Source: Rhizophagus irregularis
Lineage: Eukaryota
Direction: 5' to 3'
Length of the DNA stretch: 64,000 nucleotides
Assembly (NCBI RefSeq): GCF_026210795.1
Contig: NC_089429.1
Location: forward strand, 4,898,001-4,962,000
The position numbers and the translations under genes are program-made. Below the pieces are notes generated by a model that saw nothing but the letters and a program-made list of their open reading frames with translations, was not told the origin of the DNA and did not search any database. Position 1 is the first letter of the stretch. Each line of letters starts with the position of its first letter. Shown piece by piece: positions 27,629 through 40,045 of this stretch.

Positions 27629-29068
27629 ATGACGAAAGGACTTTCTCTAGAACAAGATTTAAGATTATTAATAAATAATCCAAAATATAGTGATATAGAA
27701 ATTTTATGTGAAGATGAAAAGAAATTACATGCCTGTAGAGCAATTTTAGCTGCAAGATCCGAAGTATTCGATAAGCTACTTTATAATGGGATGAAAGAAA
27801 CTTATGAAAATCAAATTTCTTTTCCAAAAATTAATTCTGCTGGAATGGAGATTATATTAGAATATATTTATACTGGATCAGTTAAAAAAGAATCTTTAAC
27901 AAAGGATAATATAATTGAAGCTTTTTACGCTGCAGATTATTTTCAATTATCAGATCTTCAGGATTTTATTACGAAAACAATCAAGAGCACTAATTTCGTA
28001 AAAGATTATTCTCCAGAATTACTAACTAAAGTATCAGAAATAATGCCATTGACAGAAGATAATATTATTCTCATTTTATTAGTTGAAACAGTAGCAAATC
28101 TGCCATTAAACAGTATTGAGTTTGGTAGATTGTCCATTACAGGCCTTAAATATCTTTTATCTATTACATATGAAAAAGAAACACCATTCGCTACCCAAGA
28201 GTATGAAGTTTTTCGATATAGTGCAATTCTAGCAGCAAAACAAGTCTCTGATAATGTATATAGAAATCTTATGGAACGGTTACCAACTTTAGATCAAATT
28301 GAAAATTTAATTGAAGTAGAAAATAAACTTCTTATTGATCATCAAAAAGTTACTAAGGAACTAGAACCTTTGGTTAAATATATTGATTTCAAAAGGATTA
28401 AGACTCACATATTAGCCAATTTCATTGAACCATTAGGAATTATTCCAACTGAAATAATTTGTAGTGCTTATCGAAATACAGCATTATTAAGTAATTATAA
28501 TTTAAGTGATTTTCGTGGAAAAGCTATTAATGAATCCGGTTATGTTTGGGACGAGACAGTATGTACATATTTTTCTTCTTCCCTTTTTGAACTATTTTAC
28601 AAATCTGGGCCAAAGATTATTATTAAGGATAACGGAGAAATTGTACAAGCACTAGAAGGTTGTAGTTTATCCCGAAGTGTTAGAGCTAAGATAACTTTAG
28701 AAAATAAAGGCATTTTTGAATGGGATGTTATTATTGAAAAAAGTTGTAGTCGTTTTTGTGTCGGAGTATGTGCATCAGAATATTTTAATTATGAAATAGC
28801 TGCAGGATTACAATCTACTGTATGGGCATTAGGTTCTAGTGGTCATGTTCGTAATTCTGGAATTAGCATAGAATATTATTGTCCTCCATTTGGAGATGGC
28901 ACAGAAATTACAGTTCATTTAGATATGAATAGGAGAACTTGCTCTTTTACGATCAATGGTATAAAGTATCGAGAAGTATCAGAATGGAATTTACCATCAA
29001 AACTTCATCCAGTAGTATCATTAAAATATCCTGGCCGCTTTCGAATTCAACCTCATAAAAATAGCTGA
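27629..29068 (+). CDS. BTB/POZ + helical + SPRY protein, 479 aa (42-nt in-frame insertion)
   Basis: Intact ORF with the same motifs as 17523..18908. Confidence 0.95.
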   Translation: MTKGLSLEQDLRLLINNPKYSDIEILCEDEKKLHACRAILAARSEVFDKLLYNGMKETYENQISFPKINSAGMEIILEYIYTGSVKKESLTKDNIIEAFYAADYFQLSDLQDFITKTIKSTNFVKDYSPELLTKVSEIMPLTEDNIILILLVETVANLPLNSIEFGRLSITGLKYLLSITYEKETPFATQEYEVFRYSAILAAKQVSDNVYRNLMERLPTLDQIENLIEVENKLLIDHQKVTKELEPLVKYIDFKRIKTHILANFIEPLGIIPTEIICSAYRNTALLSNYNLSDFRGKAINESGYVWDETVCTYFSSSLFELFYKSGPKIIIKDNGEIVQALEGCSLSRSVRAKITLENKGIFEWDVIIEKSCSRFCVGVCASEYFNYEIAAGLQSTVWALGSSGHVRNSGISIEYYCPPFGDGTEITVHLDMNRRTCSFTINGIKYREVSEWNLPSKLHPVVSLKYPGRFRIQPHKNS

Positions 29069-30699
29069 AACTTGAAATATTGTATCATTGATTTTTTTCT
29101 TACAAATATACTATTACTTATTTTGAATTATTGTATATTCATTAATTATTTATTAGTGTGAACAAGTTGACAATATAAAAATATGTGAATGGTTTATTAG
29201 ATTATGTTAACGAATTTTACATGTTAACTGAGTGAAATAAATTATAGGTTTTTATAAAATCAAATTTGTTAATGACATATGGTATGTGATATGTTTCTGG
29301 TAATAATAAGAATAATAAATAATATAAATATCAAGTCACGCTTCATTTTTCGAAAATTTTGTTTAGAACGGTTCCTTATTTGCGATCATCATAATCACGT
29401 CGTCGCTGGTTCTTAAAAATGTTGAGAATATCTTAAGGACTAAACATGATATGAAGACCTAATCCAATATTATTAAATGATCTTTGGACAAATTTAGACT
29501 GAATTCAAAATTAGTAGATAATTAATACTTCTCGATGGTTCAAGTTTAAATAATTCTGGAGTATGGCTAATAACGATTATATATTTTCGAAGAACAGCAC
29601 AGTACAAATTAAATTTGTAAAAAGTCTCACGATGAAATCAAATCTTAAGTTTGAAAAATTTAGAACATTGATGTCTATTCAATAAAAAAATATCATTTGA
29701 AATCTTGATGGATATAGAAATTTGAAAAATTCATGTATAGATCAAAGCGATATCCATAAAACAATTATTAAAGCCAAGTACTGTAACAAGTTATTTCTTT
29801 TCTAATTTATTAAATATTAAAACATATTTGAAGTTTTTTCCTTAAATTTAGTAATTATTTTATTGGATATCACGTAAATACAGCTACATTAGATTTTATT
29901 TTATGTTTTTTATTAATAAAAATACATTACTCAAATCTAGTTAAAACTATTTCAATAATGTTAGCTTTTTTCTTTAATTATGTTAAACCCAATCAGTTAA
30001 GTCGGTCTAATATTTTCTTTTAACCATTTATAGTACACACTAGACTTTGAATTGAAAAAATAACTAATTTTTGATAATTTAATCAATTAATAACTTTAAA
30101 TGTAGTGTACCATGCTAATGTGTATAAAATAACTTTTACTAATTGTCTGGAGCAAAGATATATAGTACTGTATGTCTACGCACTATGATGAAAAATAATC
30201 GTTCACGTGAATCTATCCTTACGTGACGATGTGACGACGTGACGTCGTGACGTTATCCGAAATCTCTCCGGACTTATAATGGGTTTTCCGTTCCCTAGTA
30301 TAAATGGATTTACTGTAAATAATATATTTAATAAAATATTTATTTTAAAAAAAGAGTTACAATGTTATATTTTCTCTTCTGCTCAGCATGACTCAAAAGT
30401 TTCTAATAAAAATTTTTTAATCAATTAGTTCCAAGCAAGTGTATATATTTTCTATATTTAATAACTGTGGTATGGTGATAAACATCATGATACCTTACAT
30501 AGTTACATAATATGAGAATTTCTAAAGTTGTGTTCTAATACCAAGTAAATACATATTGATGAAATATAATCATAGGATAATTGAGAATGTAATGAATATG
30601 GTAAAGCTAACAATTCTAGAATAAAGAAATAATCCAATCACAATTCTATGCAAGTTAATTGAAAATATTGAGATATGAAATTAAAAAATGATTACTAGA

Positions 30700-31548
30700 T
30701 AATTTCAATATAATTAATTTCATTAGAAAATTTTTTTAAAAAGAGAAGTTTTTTTTTGACAGAGAATTTTGCTAAATTTTTTTTAAAGAATTTTTATAAA
30801 TAATTTTGCTGAGATTTTTTTTTTGTCATTGTGGAATTTTTTTTTAGGAAATATTTTTTTTTTTTTTGACATATCATTTTTCGTTTAGTAAATTTTTTTA
30901 ACAGGGAAGATTTTTTTTTTCGATAGAGAATTTCGCTAAAGATTTTTTTTTAAGTAGTAGGGAAGTTTTTTTAGAAATTTTTTTGAGAAATTTTTAATAG
31001 GTAATAATTTTTTTTGAATTTTTTTTTTTTTTTTTTTAATAAGGAAATGTGTTTTTCGATGGAAGATTTTCGTTAGAAAGTTTATTTTGATTGAGAATTT
31101 CATTAGGAAAATTTTCTTTAATAAAGTTTTTTTTTTTGATAATTTTGTTGGTTGAAAAAGTTTTTGTCTTTTTTTGATAGAAGTCTTTTAATAAGAAAAT
31201 TTTATTGAAAATAATTTTTTTTTAATAAGGGTATTTAGTAAAGAATTTCGTTAGTGATCTTTTATAAAAAATCTATCAGAAATTTATTATTAAATTTTAC
31301 AATTTTAATAAATTTATAAATTTATAAATAAAATTAATTATTATTTATTTTTAATACATTTAAATTCTAATATATTGTAAATATAATTTGACATATACTA
31401 TTACATTTTAAATTAATATACTGTATATATTTATTATTATTTTTATTAACTAATTATTAACTATAGTAAATTATATACAATCTATTAATATTATATAATA
31501 CCTAATCTTTTTCTATGTACATATTTTGCGAAGCAATGGGTTACTGTC
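30700..31548 (+). mobile_element. Degenerate Helitron 3' portion
   Basis: TGCGAAGCAATGGGTTACTG at ~31527 (CTAG lost). 31290-31520 resembles 16480-16850; GATAGAGAATTT motifs in the body. Confidence 0.65.
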
Positions 31549-31966
31549 AATAATATAATAAATATTAAATTAAAAAGTTTAAAAATAATTCATCTAATAT
31601 ACCGAAATAATTCAAGACGTAATTAACTTGAAAACCAATTAAAATAATTCTTTGTTTAATAAAAGATTATGATGGAACCTTTGAGTATTCATAATTCTGG
31701 ATAAATTTAATATTCAGTTAATAATTCATTATATATGAGGAAAGCGAAAAAATTTTATCTACTTGCTTTATCTGTATGAAGAATTCGTATGATGAATATG
31801 ATGAAGGCGCAGCTAAAAGTTTCAAATGATATACGGAAACAATTTCCTTTTTTAATATAGTTTTTACATAACATAGTACAAATTACACAGATTACATAAA
31901 TATCGGCTTTTTCAATCCAAAAATAGATTTATTGTTTCTCCTTTTTTTTTGAAAATAAAAAAAAAA

Positions 31967-33361
31967 ATGACGAGAGGATATTCGTTAGAAAAAGATTTAG
32001 GATTATTAATAAATAATCCAAAGTATAGTGATGTAGAAATTTTATGTGGAGATGAAAAGAAATTACATGCTTGTAGAGCAATTTTAGCTGCAAGATCCGA
32101 AATATTCGATAAACTACTTTATAATGGAATGAAGGAAACTTATGAGAACCAAATTTCTTTCCCAGAAATTAATTCTGCTGGAATGGAAATTATATTAGAA
32201 TATATTTATACTGGATCAGTTAAAGAAGAATCTTTAACAAAAGATAATACAATTGAAGCTTTTTACGCTGCAGATTATTTTCAATTATCAGATCTTCAAG
32301 ATTTTATCACAAAAACAATTAAGAGTACTAATTTTGCAAAAAATTATTCTCCAGAGTTATTATCTAAAGTATCAGAAGCGGTATCGTTAACAGAAGATAA
32401 CATTACTCTCAATTTATTAGTTGAAACAGTAGCAAATATATCATTGAACGATATTGAGTTTGGTAGATTATCTATTAAAGGTCTTGAATATCTTTTATCT
32501 TTTACACACGAGAAGAAAGATATACCCTTTGCAACTCGAGAGTATGAAGTTTTTCGATATAGTACAATTCTAGCAGCAAAAAAAGTCTCTGATGATGCAT
32601 ATAGAAATTTTATGGAAAGGTTACCAATTTTAGATCAAATTGGAGATTCAATTGAAGTAGAAAATAAGTTTCTTATTGATCATCAAAAAGTTATTAAGGA
32701 ACTAGAACCTTTGATTAAATATATTGATTTCAAAAGGATCAAAACTTATATATTAGTTAATTTTATTGAACCACTAGAAATTGTTCCAACTGAAATATTT
32801 TATAGTACTTACCGAAATATAGCATTATCAAGTAATTATAATTTAAGTGATTTTCGTGGAAAAGCTATTAATGAATCAGGTTATTTCTGGGATGAGACAG
32901 CATGTGGGTCAAAGCTTATTATTAAGGATAATGGAAAAATTGTGGAAGCACTAAAAAATTGTAGCACACATCAAAATGTTAGAGCTAAGATGACTTTTGA
33001 AGATAAGGGCATTTTTGAATGGGATATTATTATTGAGAAAGATTGTTCTTATTCTTGGGTTGGAGTATGTGCATCAGAAAATTTTATTGGAAGATCTTCA
33101 GGATCACAATCTACTGGATGGGAATTAGGTTCCAGTGGTGTTTGTCGTAATTCCGGAGAAGGTGTGGATACGTGTCCTCCATTTGGAGATGGTACAATAA
33201 TTACAGTTCATTTAGATATGAATAAGAGGACTTGCTCTTTTACAGTTAACGGTATAAGGTACTATGTAAGAATATGGAAAAATTTACCACCAACACTTTT
33301 TCCAGTAGTATCATTAGCTTATCCTGGTCGCATTCGAATTCAACCTCATCAAAGTAATTAG
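31967..33361 (+). CDS. BTB/POZ + helical + SPRY protein, 464 aa
   Basis: ATG at 31967 (MTRGYSLE) aligns with the paralog starts; the ORF track's upstream TTG start is unlikely. Confidence 0.95.
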   Translation: MTRGYSLEKDLGLLINNPKYSDVEILCGDEKKLHACRAILAARSEIFDKLLYNGMKETYENQISFPEINSAGMEIILEYIYTGSVKEESLTKDNTIEAFYAADYFQLSDLQDFITKTIKSTNFAKNYSPELLSKVSEAVSLTEDNITLNLLVETVANISLNDIEFGRLSIKGLEYLLSFTHEKKDIPFATREYEVFRYSTILAAKKVSDDAYRNFMERLPILDQIGDSIEVENKFLIDHQKVIKELEPLIKYIDFKRIKTYILVNFIEPLEIVPTEIFYSTYRNIALSSNYNLSDFRGKAINESGYFWDETACGSKLIIKDNGKIVEALKNCSTHQNVRAKMTFEDKGIFEWDIIIEKDCSYSWVGVCASENFIGRSSGSQSTGWELGSSGVCRNSGEGVDTCPPFGDGTIITVHLDMNKRTCSFTVNGIRYYVRIWKNLPPTLFPVVSLAYPGRIRIQPHQSN

Positions 33362-33844
33362 AAACTAGTGTAATTTTATAATATAGACCTACGAACCCAA
33401 TTAAATGCCACGTGACAATCAAGAAATTAAATAAGTAATCAGATCTTAATTTCTTTTTTCTAAATTTCAGTTGTAAAGTACAAATGTCGACAAATTTAAT
33501 TACGTATTTTAAATTTCTTATGAAAAGAGCTTGTCCAATGATTCTTAAAATAAAATTTTGATATAAATAGGTCATGAAAGTGTTATGAAATATGAGTTTA
33601 AATTACTACCTTTAATATTGATAACGTTCGCATTGACAGATTAGATTATAATATATGATCGTGATTTAATAATCCGGGAATGACATCATTTGACCAATAT
33701 CTTTTTATGTAAGTTGATCCAGGTTCCAGGTCATTCGTCTTATCATTAAAGTTATTTACTAAACACTGCAAATTTATTTATAAATAACTGGTTTAGTTAA
33801 ATCAACAAAATAAGATTACTTTTATTCTTGAAATATTTTTGGAT

Positions 33845-34145
33845 ATTCGTCAGAACAAGATTTAAATAATCCAAAGTATAATGATATAGGAATTTTAATG
33901 TGAAAATTAAAAGAAATTAGACGCTTATAGATCAATTTTAACAGCAAGATCACAAGGTATTAGCTTTGTCATGGGATGAATGAGAACAAAATTTCTTTTC
34001 TAATAATTAATTTAGCCGGAATGAAGATTATATTAGAATATATTTATATTGTATCAATTAAAAAAGAATATTTAACAAAAGATAATACAATTGGATCATT
34101 ACGCTGCTGATTATATTTAATTATTCAGATCTTCAAGATGTCATG
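33845..34145 (+). pseudogene. Degraded BTB-domain relic of the same family
   Basis: AGAACAAGATTTAAATAATCCAAAGTAT...ATTATATTAGAATATATTTAT...AAAGATAATACAATTG match the paralog 5' region, with indels. Confidence 0.8.
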
Positions 34146-35385
34146 ATATTCATAGTATTACAACAAAAGTACAAATTTAATTTGTAAAAAGTTTTGTTTT
34201 GATTTAGTTTTTCAAATTTTTATATCCATCAAGATTTCAATAGTTAACATTTTTGTTGACATCACACAAATCTTTTGGAAGGTCAGTTTGCAATTAAAAA
34301 TTGAATATTATGATAAGATTTCTAGTTTGTTAGTTTGGCTAAAGATTATAAAAAAATTCAAATTAATACTTTTTATAATTCTTTATAATAATGTTGGTAC
34401 CAGTATTTGTGGTACTACTAAACTTTAATATCCAAAAAAGATCATTTTTTGCAATCCGTAATTTTGTAATATAAGCAAATAATATATTTTATTATTTTAT
34501 TAAATATTTATATTTTAATAAAGAACTACAATTTTACATTTTTCTCCAAAAATTCAATATAGATAAGACTCTAAAAAAAAATTTACAATCAATATTCTCA
34601 AGCAAGAATATTTAAATTTTCTTATATTTTCTTAAATGGCTAAACATGATCTTGATGACCTAGAATTTTTTTCCTACCAGGTTAGTATTGATGAAATGAT
34701 AAAACATAATCATATGATAAAATTGAAATTTTTAGACTATCGAGATTATTAAGACGTGAAAATCAAGAATGATGAACGAGATAGTAATGAGTTAAAAAGT
34801 TTAGAATATAATTCTTCTAATATATATATAGTATGCTACGAAATAACTCAAGATGTCAACTTGAAAACTAATCAAAAAAAAAAACTTTGTCTTAATAAAA
34901 TATTATGATAGAAACCTATAATGAAACGAAAATTTATTTTATATAGATCACCATCATATTTTTCATCATCTAGATCTAATTTAAAAATAGTGAAATATAA
35001 TTCTTCTGGAATCTTGGGTTGATCTTATTCAATAACCCATAAATCAGGAGATTTAAGACGATACTTTCTTTTGGATTTTTTTAAAATTTAAAATTCCAAA
35101 TTCAAAAGCTTATTATCAGAATTATGATGAAGGCGCAGTTAAAGTCTCTAGATTTTCCCAACGTAACCTGAAAAAAATGTCACGAAAAATCACGTGATAT
35201 TTTTATCGCCGGTAGTAAATGATATACTAATTGTACGTCATGCAAACAATTTCCTTTTTTAATATAGTTTTTGCATAACATTGTACAAAATAGTGCCAAA
35301 CTATATAAATATTGCATTTCAATCCCAAAAATAGATTCATTGTTTAATTTTTTTTTTCTTTAAAAAAAAATAAATTTTTTAAGAA

Positions 35386-36792
35386 ATGACGAGAGGATAT
35401 TCATTAAAACAAGATTTGAGATTATTAATAAATAATCCAAAATATAGTGATGTAGAAATTTTATGTGAAGATGAAAAGAAATTATATGCTTGTAGAGCAA
35501 TTTTAGCTGCAAGATCCGAAGTATTTGATAGTTTACTTTATAATGGAATGAAAGAAACTTATGAAAATCAAATATCTTTTTCAAAGATTAATTCGGCTGG
35601 TATGGAGATTATATTAGAATACATTTATACTGGATCAGTTAAAGAAGAAACTTTAACAAAAGATAATACAATTGAAGCTTTTTATGCTGCAGATTATTTT
35701 CAGTTATCAGGTCTTCTGGATTTTATTAAGAAAACAATTAAGAGTACTAATTTTGCAAAAAATTATTCTCCAGAGTTATTATCTAAAATTTCAGAAACAA
35801 TGGAACCAAATCTATTGACAGAAGATAATATTCTTCTTAATTTATTGGTAGATGCAGTAGCGAATATACCATTAAACAATATTGAGTTTGGTAGATTGTC
35901 TATTACAGGTCTTAAATATCTTTTATCTTTCACACACGAGAAGAAAGATATACCCTTTGCAACTCGTGAATATGAAGTCTTTTGGTATAGTGCAATTCTA
36001 GCAGCAAAACAAGTCTCTGATGATGCATGCAGAAGTCTTATGGAACGGTTACCAACTTTAAAACAAATTGAAAATTCAATCGAAGTAGAAAATAAATTTC
36101 TTATTGATCATCAACAAGTTACTAAGGAACTAGAACCTTTAGTTAAATATATTGATTTCGGAAGGATTAAAACTCACATATTAGCCAATTTCATTGAACC
36201 ACTAAAAATTATTCCAATTGAAATAGTTTGTTGTGCTTATCGAAATATAGCATTATTAAATAATTTAAATTTAAGTGATATTCGTGGAAGACCACAAATT
36301 AATAATTATGTCTGGGATGTGTTAGCTTGTGGATCAAAACTTATTATTAAGGATAACGGAAAAATTGTACAAGCATCAGAAAATATTGACAGACACCAAA
36401 GTGCTCGAACTAAGATGACATTAGAAAATAAAGGCATTTTTGAATGGGATGTTATTATTGAGAAAAAAAGCATTCGTTCTTGGGTCGGAGTATGTGCAAC
36501 AGAAAATTTCAATTATGAAATGGCTGCAGGATTACAATCTACTGGATGGGTATTAGGTTCTAGTGGTTGTGTTCGTCATTCTGGAATTAGTATAGAAAAT
36601 TATTGTCCTCCATTTGGAGATGGTACAAAAGTTACAGTTCATTTAGATATGAATAAGAGAACTTGTTCTTTTACGATCAATGGTAAAAAGTATCGAGAAG
36701 TATCAGAATGGAATTTACCATCAAAACTTCATCCAGTAATATCTTTATATTATCCTGGTCGCTTTCGAATTCAGCCTCATGAAAGTAATTAG
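35386..36792 (+). CDS. BTB/POZ + helical + SPRY protein, 468 aa
   Basis: Intact ORF with family motifs. Confidence 0.95.
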   Translation: MTRGYSLKQDLRLLINNPKYSDVEILCEDEKKLYACRAILAARSEVFDSLLYNGMKETYENQISFSKINSAGMEIILEYIYTGSVKEETLTKDNTIEAFYAADYFQLSGLLDFIKKTIKSTNFAKNYSPELLSKISETMEPNLLTEDNILLNLLVDAVANIPLNNIEFGRLSITGLKYLLSFTHEKKDIPFATREYEVFWYSAILAAKQVSDDACRSLMERLPTLKQIENSIEVENKFLIDHQQVTKELEPLVKYIDFGRIKTHILANFIEPLKIIPIEIVCCAYRNIALLNNLNLSDIRGRPQINNYVWDVLACGSKLIIKDNGKIVQASENIDRHQSARTKMTLENKGIFEWDVIIEKKSIRSWVGVCATENFNYEMAAGLQSTGWVLGSSGCVRHSGISIENYCPPFGDGTKVTVHLDMNKRTCSFTINGKKYREVSEWNLPSKLHPVISLYYPGRFRIQPHESN

Positions 36793-37249
36793 AAACTAGG
36801 TGCAATTTTATCAAAATAATTGCGTCAATTAATATATTATAAATACGTAAATTAGTTGCGTAATTAATTATTAGGATAATTAAGATTTTTATTAATACAC
36901 ATGATAATCGATTAAATAAAGCAATTTTTTTACATTTTTAACTTTGACATTAAAATGTTGAGTATCAATCTGGAAATCTCTCAGTTAGTATAAAGTACAA
37001 ATGTTTGATATAAATTTTATCATATGCTTTAAATTTCTTATAAAAAGAATATTCATTATCTCTTAATATTTTTATATAAACAGGTTATGAAAATAAAGAG
37101 TTTAAATTGCATTTAACGTTAACGTAAAACTAATAGGAAAATATTTTGTCTTTGAAGAATCCTTAACAGTGTTTATCATTCAAAGGAGTTGCCTGGTGAT
37201 ATTGGCCATTTTAAAATACTATTATTTCAGAGAATAAAATTATGAAAGG

Positions 37250-37445
37250 ATAGTATTTATTAGATATTTATTAAAGTAAGATTTAAGATTATTATTAAAA
37301 CAACCCAAGTATAGTCAATTTAGCGGCATACAACTGCAGACAATTCAACTTTTAACTGTTGATCAATTTTATTATGATCAAAAACAATTTCTTTTTTTTT
37401 TGATTAATATTTTTTAGGTTAGGTTCTATTAAAAAAGATAAATTG
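37250..37445 (+). pseudogene. Highly degraded BTB relic
   Basis: AAGATTTAAGATTATTATTAAAACAACCCAAGTATAGT resembles the paralog 5' end. Confidence 0.45.
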
Positions 37446-37651
37446 AAATATTTATAATTAATTCTTGTAAATAAAGAACTTTCGTTAAATTATTTTTCTT
37501 CGTTCTTTTTATTAAATTAAACGCAATGATCAACATACACATCATAACGAGCTAATTTATTTTTAAAATTTTATTTCATTTTTAATTTATTTAAGATAAT
37601 ATTTAATTCAGTTAATATAAATTATGTGGTTTGTGATTTCGGAACGTTAGA

Positions 37652-37820
37652 CCCTGTAAAAAAGTCGATCCGTTTTTTATACTTCCGTAATATATTCCCG
37701 AAATTAATAATCTTATATCATGGAATTTATCGAATTATTTACATTTTCTGTGAATGAATCCGTGAAAGGCTCATATTTACGGAGTTTTTACAGAAATAAC
37801 GGATAAAATTTTTTGTAGGG
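37652..37820. mobile_element. CCC-terminated MITE with 3-bp TSD (CACTA/EnSpm-like)
   Basis: CCCTGTAAAAAA ... TTTTTGTAGGG with AGA on both sides; relatives at 43687 and 44917. Confidence 0.8.
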
Positions 37821-39811
37821 AGATTGTCTTTTTTATTGTTATAGAAATGGATTTGTTAATACAAAAGCCATTTATTATTTGAGTACTATATTCATTCTTA
37901 ATTTTTCTATGCCTCCTCAAGATTAGTGCAAAGGTACTATGGAAGATATGATTATCATGATCTCAATTCAAAAAATGCATCTATCGATACAAAATTAAAT
38001 AAAATATCGTGAAATAAGATCCTTCAATATTGGTCAACTTACTTCATAATAATAATTTACTATCTATACGGATATCATGAAATACCTTACATTTCTTTCA
38101 TTTACCATATTTACAAGACAAGGTTTATTTAATTAATCATATAATATTATTATTAATCTAAAAATTATTTTCCTAGCGTAAAGACAAAAAAAAGCTTATG
38201 TAAAAAATGAACAAACGTCATCATCTAGCTTTGATTATCGTTTATTAAAATAAATTTATTAATTTTATTCAAACTAAATTTATTTTTGATATGTAATTTG
38301 GCAACGGTTTTATTATAAAGTTTTTATCATAGGCTTTTTACTATTTTAAAAATTATAATGATGTATACATTACCGAAAAAATAAAAATGCGAAGTAAAAT
38401 TATTTATTACTTGAACTTTACCAAAACTTGTCTAAATTTGGACCTAAATCTCCTGATATACTGTACTAAATATCCGGACCACAATGGTTAGTATATGTTG
38501 TACCTGACTTTATCTAATGATGTTGGTTAGAAATAAACGGAACAGATTGAACCCGATTTTTCTACTCAATTTATGCCTTTTTTTAATTGGCTAAAATTAA
38601 TTACACTAAAATCGGAGCAGAACAGAACAGAACAGAAATGAACAGGGCTAGTGTTTTAAATTGACTACGGTCCGCAATTGACCTTAAACTACGATATTTT
38701 TTTGATAATTTATTGAGGATATCTAATTGGACAACTAAGGTTCATAATTGACCTTAAACTAGCGATTGGTTAATTAATATAAGTGGCGCTGGTCAGGAAT
38801 GATATTTGTTAGTACGGAAGATAATCGACACCAAAATTAGAAATTGTGTAACTGCACCGAGATGAAATACCCTAAAACAAGGCGATAGATATCGGAATAA
38901 CCTTAGATCAATTAGAAAATTAAATTTTGTAATTTTGGAAATTTTGTTACCATGCGAATTTTGAATTAATAATTATTTAATTTAGTCCGAAAAGGAAAAC
39001 TTTTATTTATTGGATATTTATTCATTTAAATAGAATTTGAAAGTATTTTTTATTTATATAACTTAGAAATTCCTTTCTTTCATGAATTTTATTTTATTAT
39101 TAATTTTTATTTCGTCTTTTGAACTTGGGAAAACTATATTTTTACCATTAATAAATAAAACTCTCTTATTGCACACCTACCGGTGGCAGTAATTTAATAA
39201 ATTATGCACGTAAAGGTGACCCCATTATTGTAAGTATTGTTAAATTATTATAATTGTTTTTTTTAGAGATGATGAAAAATTTAAAAAAAAAATGAGAAAA
39301 AAAGGGAAACGGAGAATGGGGGGAGGTCGTAAAGAAAGGGAGAACGGGTGGATATGAAAATCCTCGTGTACTGATAACAATTAAAATGTAAAGATTGACG
39401 GGTAGGCATGGCGTAATTGACGATCACTTGTCATTTGAAGTTCGTGAGAGCATGAGCATATCTATTGGGACTAAATGTTTTTAATTAAAGCTTAATTCTT
39501 TATTTCATCATATATAGGACGATGAGATTATATTGGTGATAATTTCATAAAGCATATTAAATCTTAATAAACTTATCTAATAAAAAAAACTTAATAATAT
39601 TTGTGTTTGTGAAAAGGTAAAAAGGGGGGTTTAATAATAATGAATACATCATAAGTTTCGATAAGAAGAAAAAAAATAATAGAATCCCGTAAGATTTCAG
39701 ACTTTCAGTCTCTAGAGGATGTAGGAAGTACCGAAGTAGGGGTAGAAGACTTAGAATATATAGAATAAGGATATTCGTTACTATTGTCTCAATTTTGTGT
39801 AGTAAAAATTA

Positions 39812-40045
39812 CTAATTTTTGTAAATTCTCTCTAGTAAATTTTGGTATTCCACTTCACATGGTACGTTATTTAATGAAACTATCTCTTCAATAGTATCTA
39901 CCTTACTACAGAAGTTTTTAACACAATCGCTTGTCTCTTTACAGTCAGGACAAAGCTTAGGTGGTTTTCTCCTACTATTGTTACTTGTAAAAAAAAATTT
40001 ATGAACAAATGGAGGCTTCTCGTCTGTCCTTGTTTCGTGTGACAT
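39812..40045 (-). CDS. Small hypothetical CxxC protein or gene remnant
   Basis: ATG start MSHETRTD..., protein-like composition, KPPKLCPDCK motif; no family assigned. Confidence 0.35.
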   Translation of the reverse strand: MSHETRTDEKPPFVHKFFFTSNNSRRKPPKLCPDCKETSDCVKNFCSKVDTIEEIVSLNNVPCEVEYQNLLERIYKN

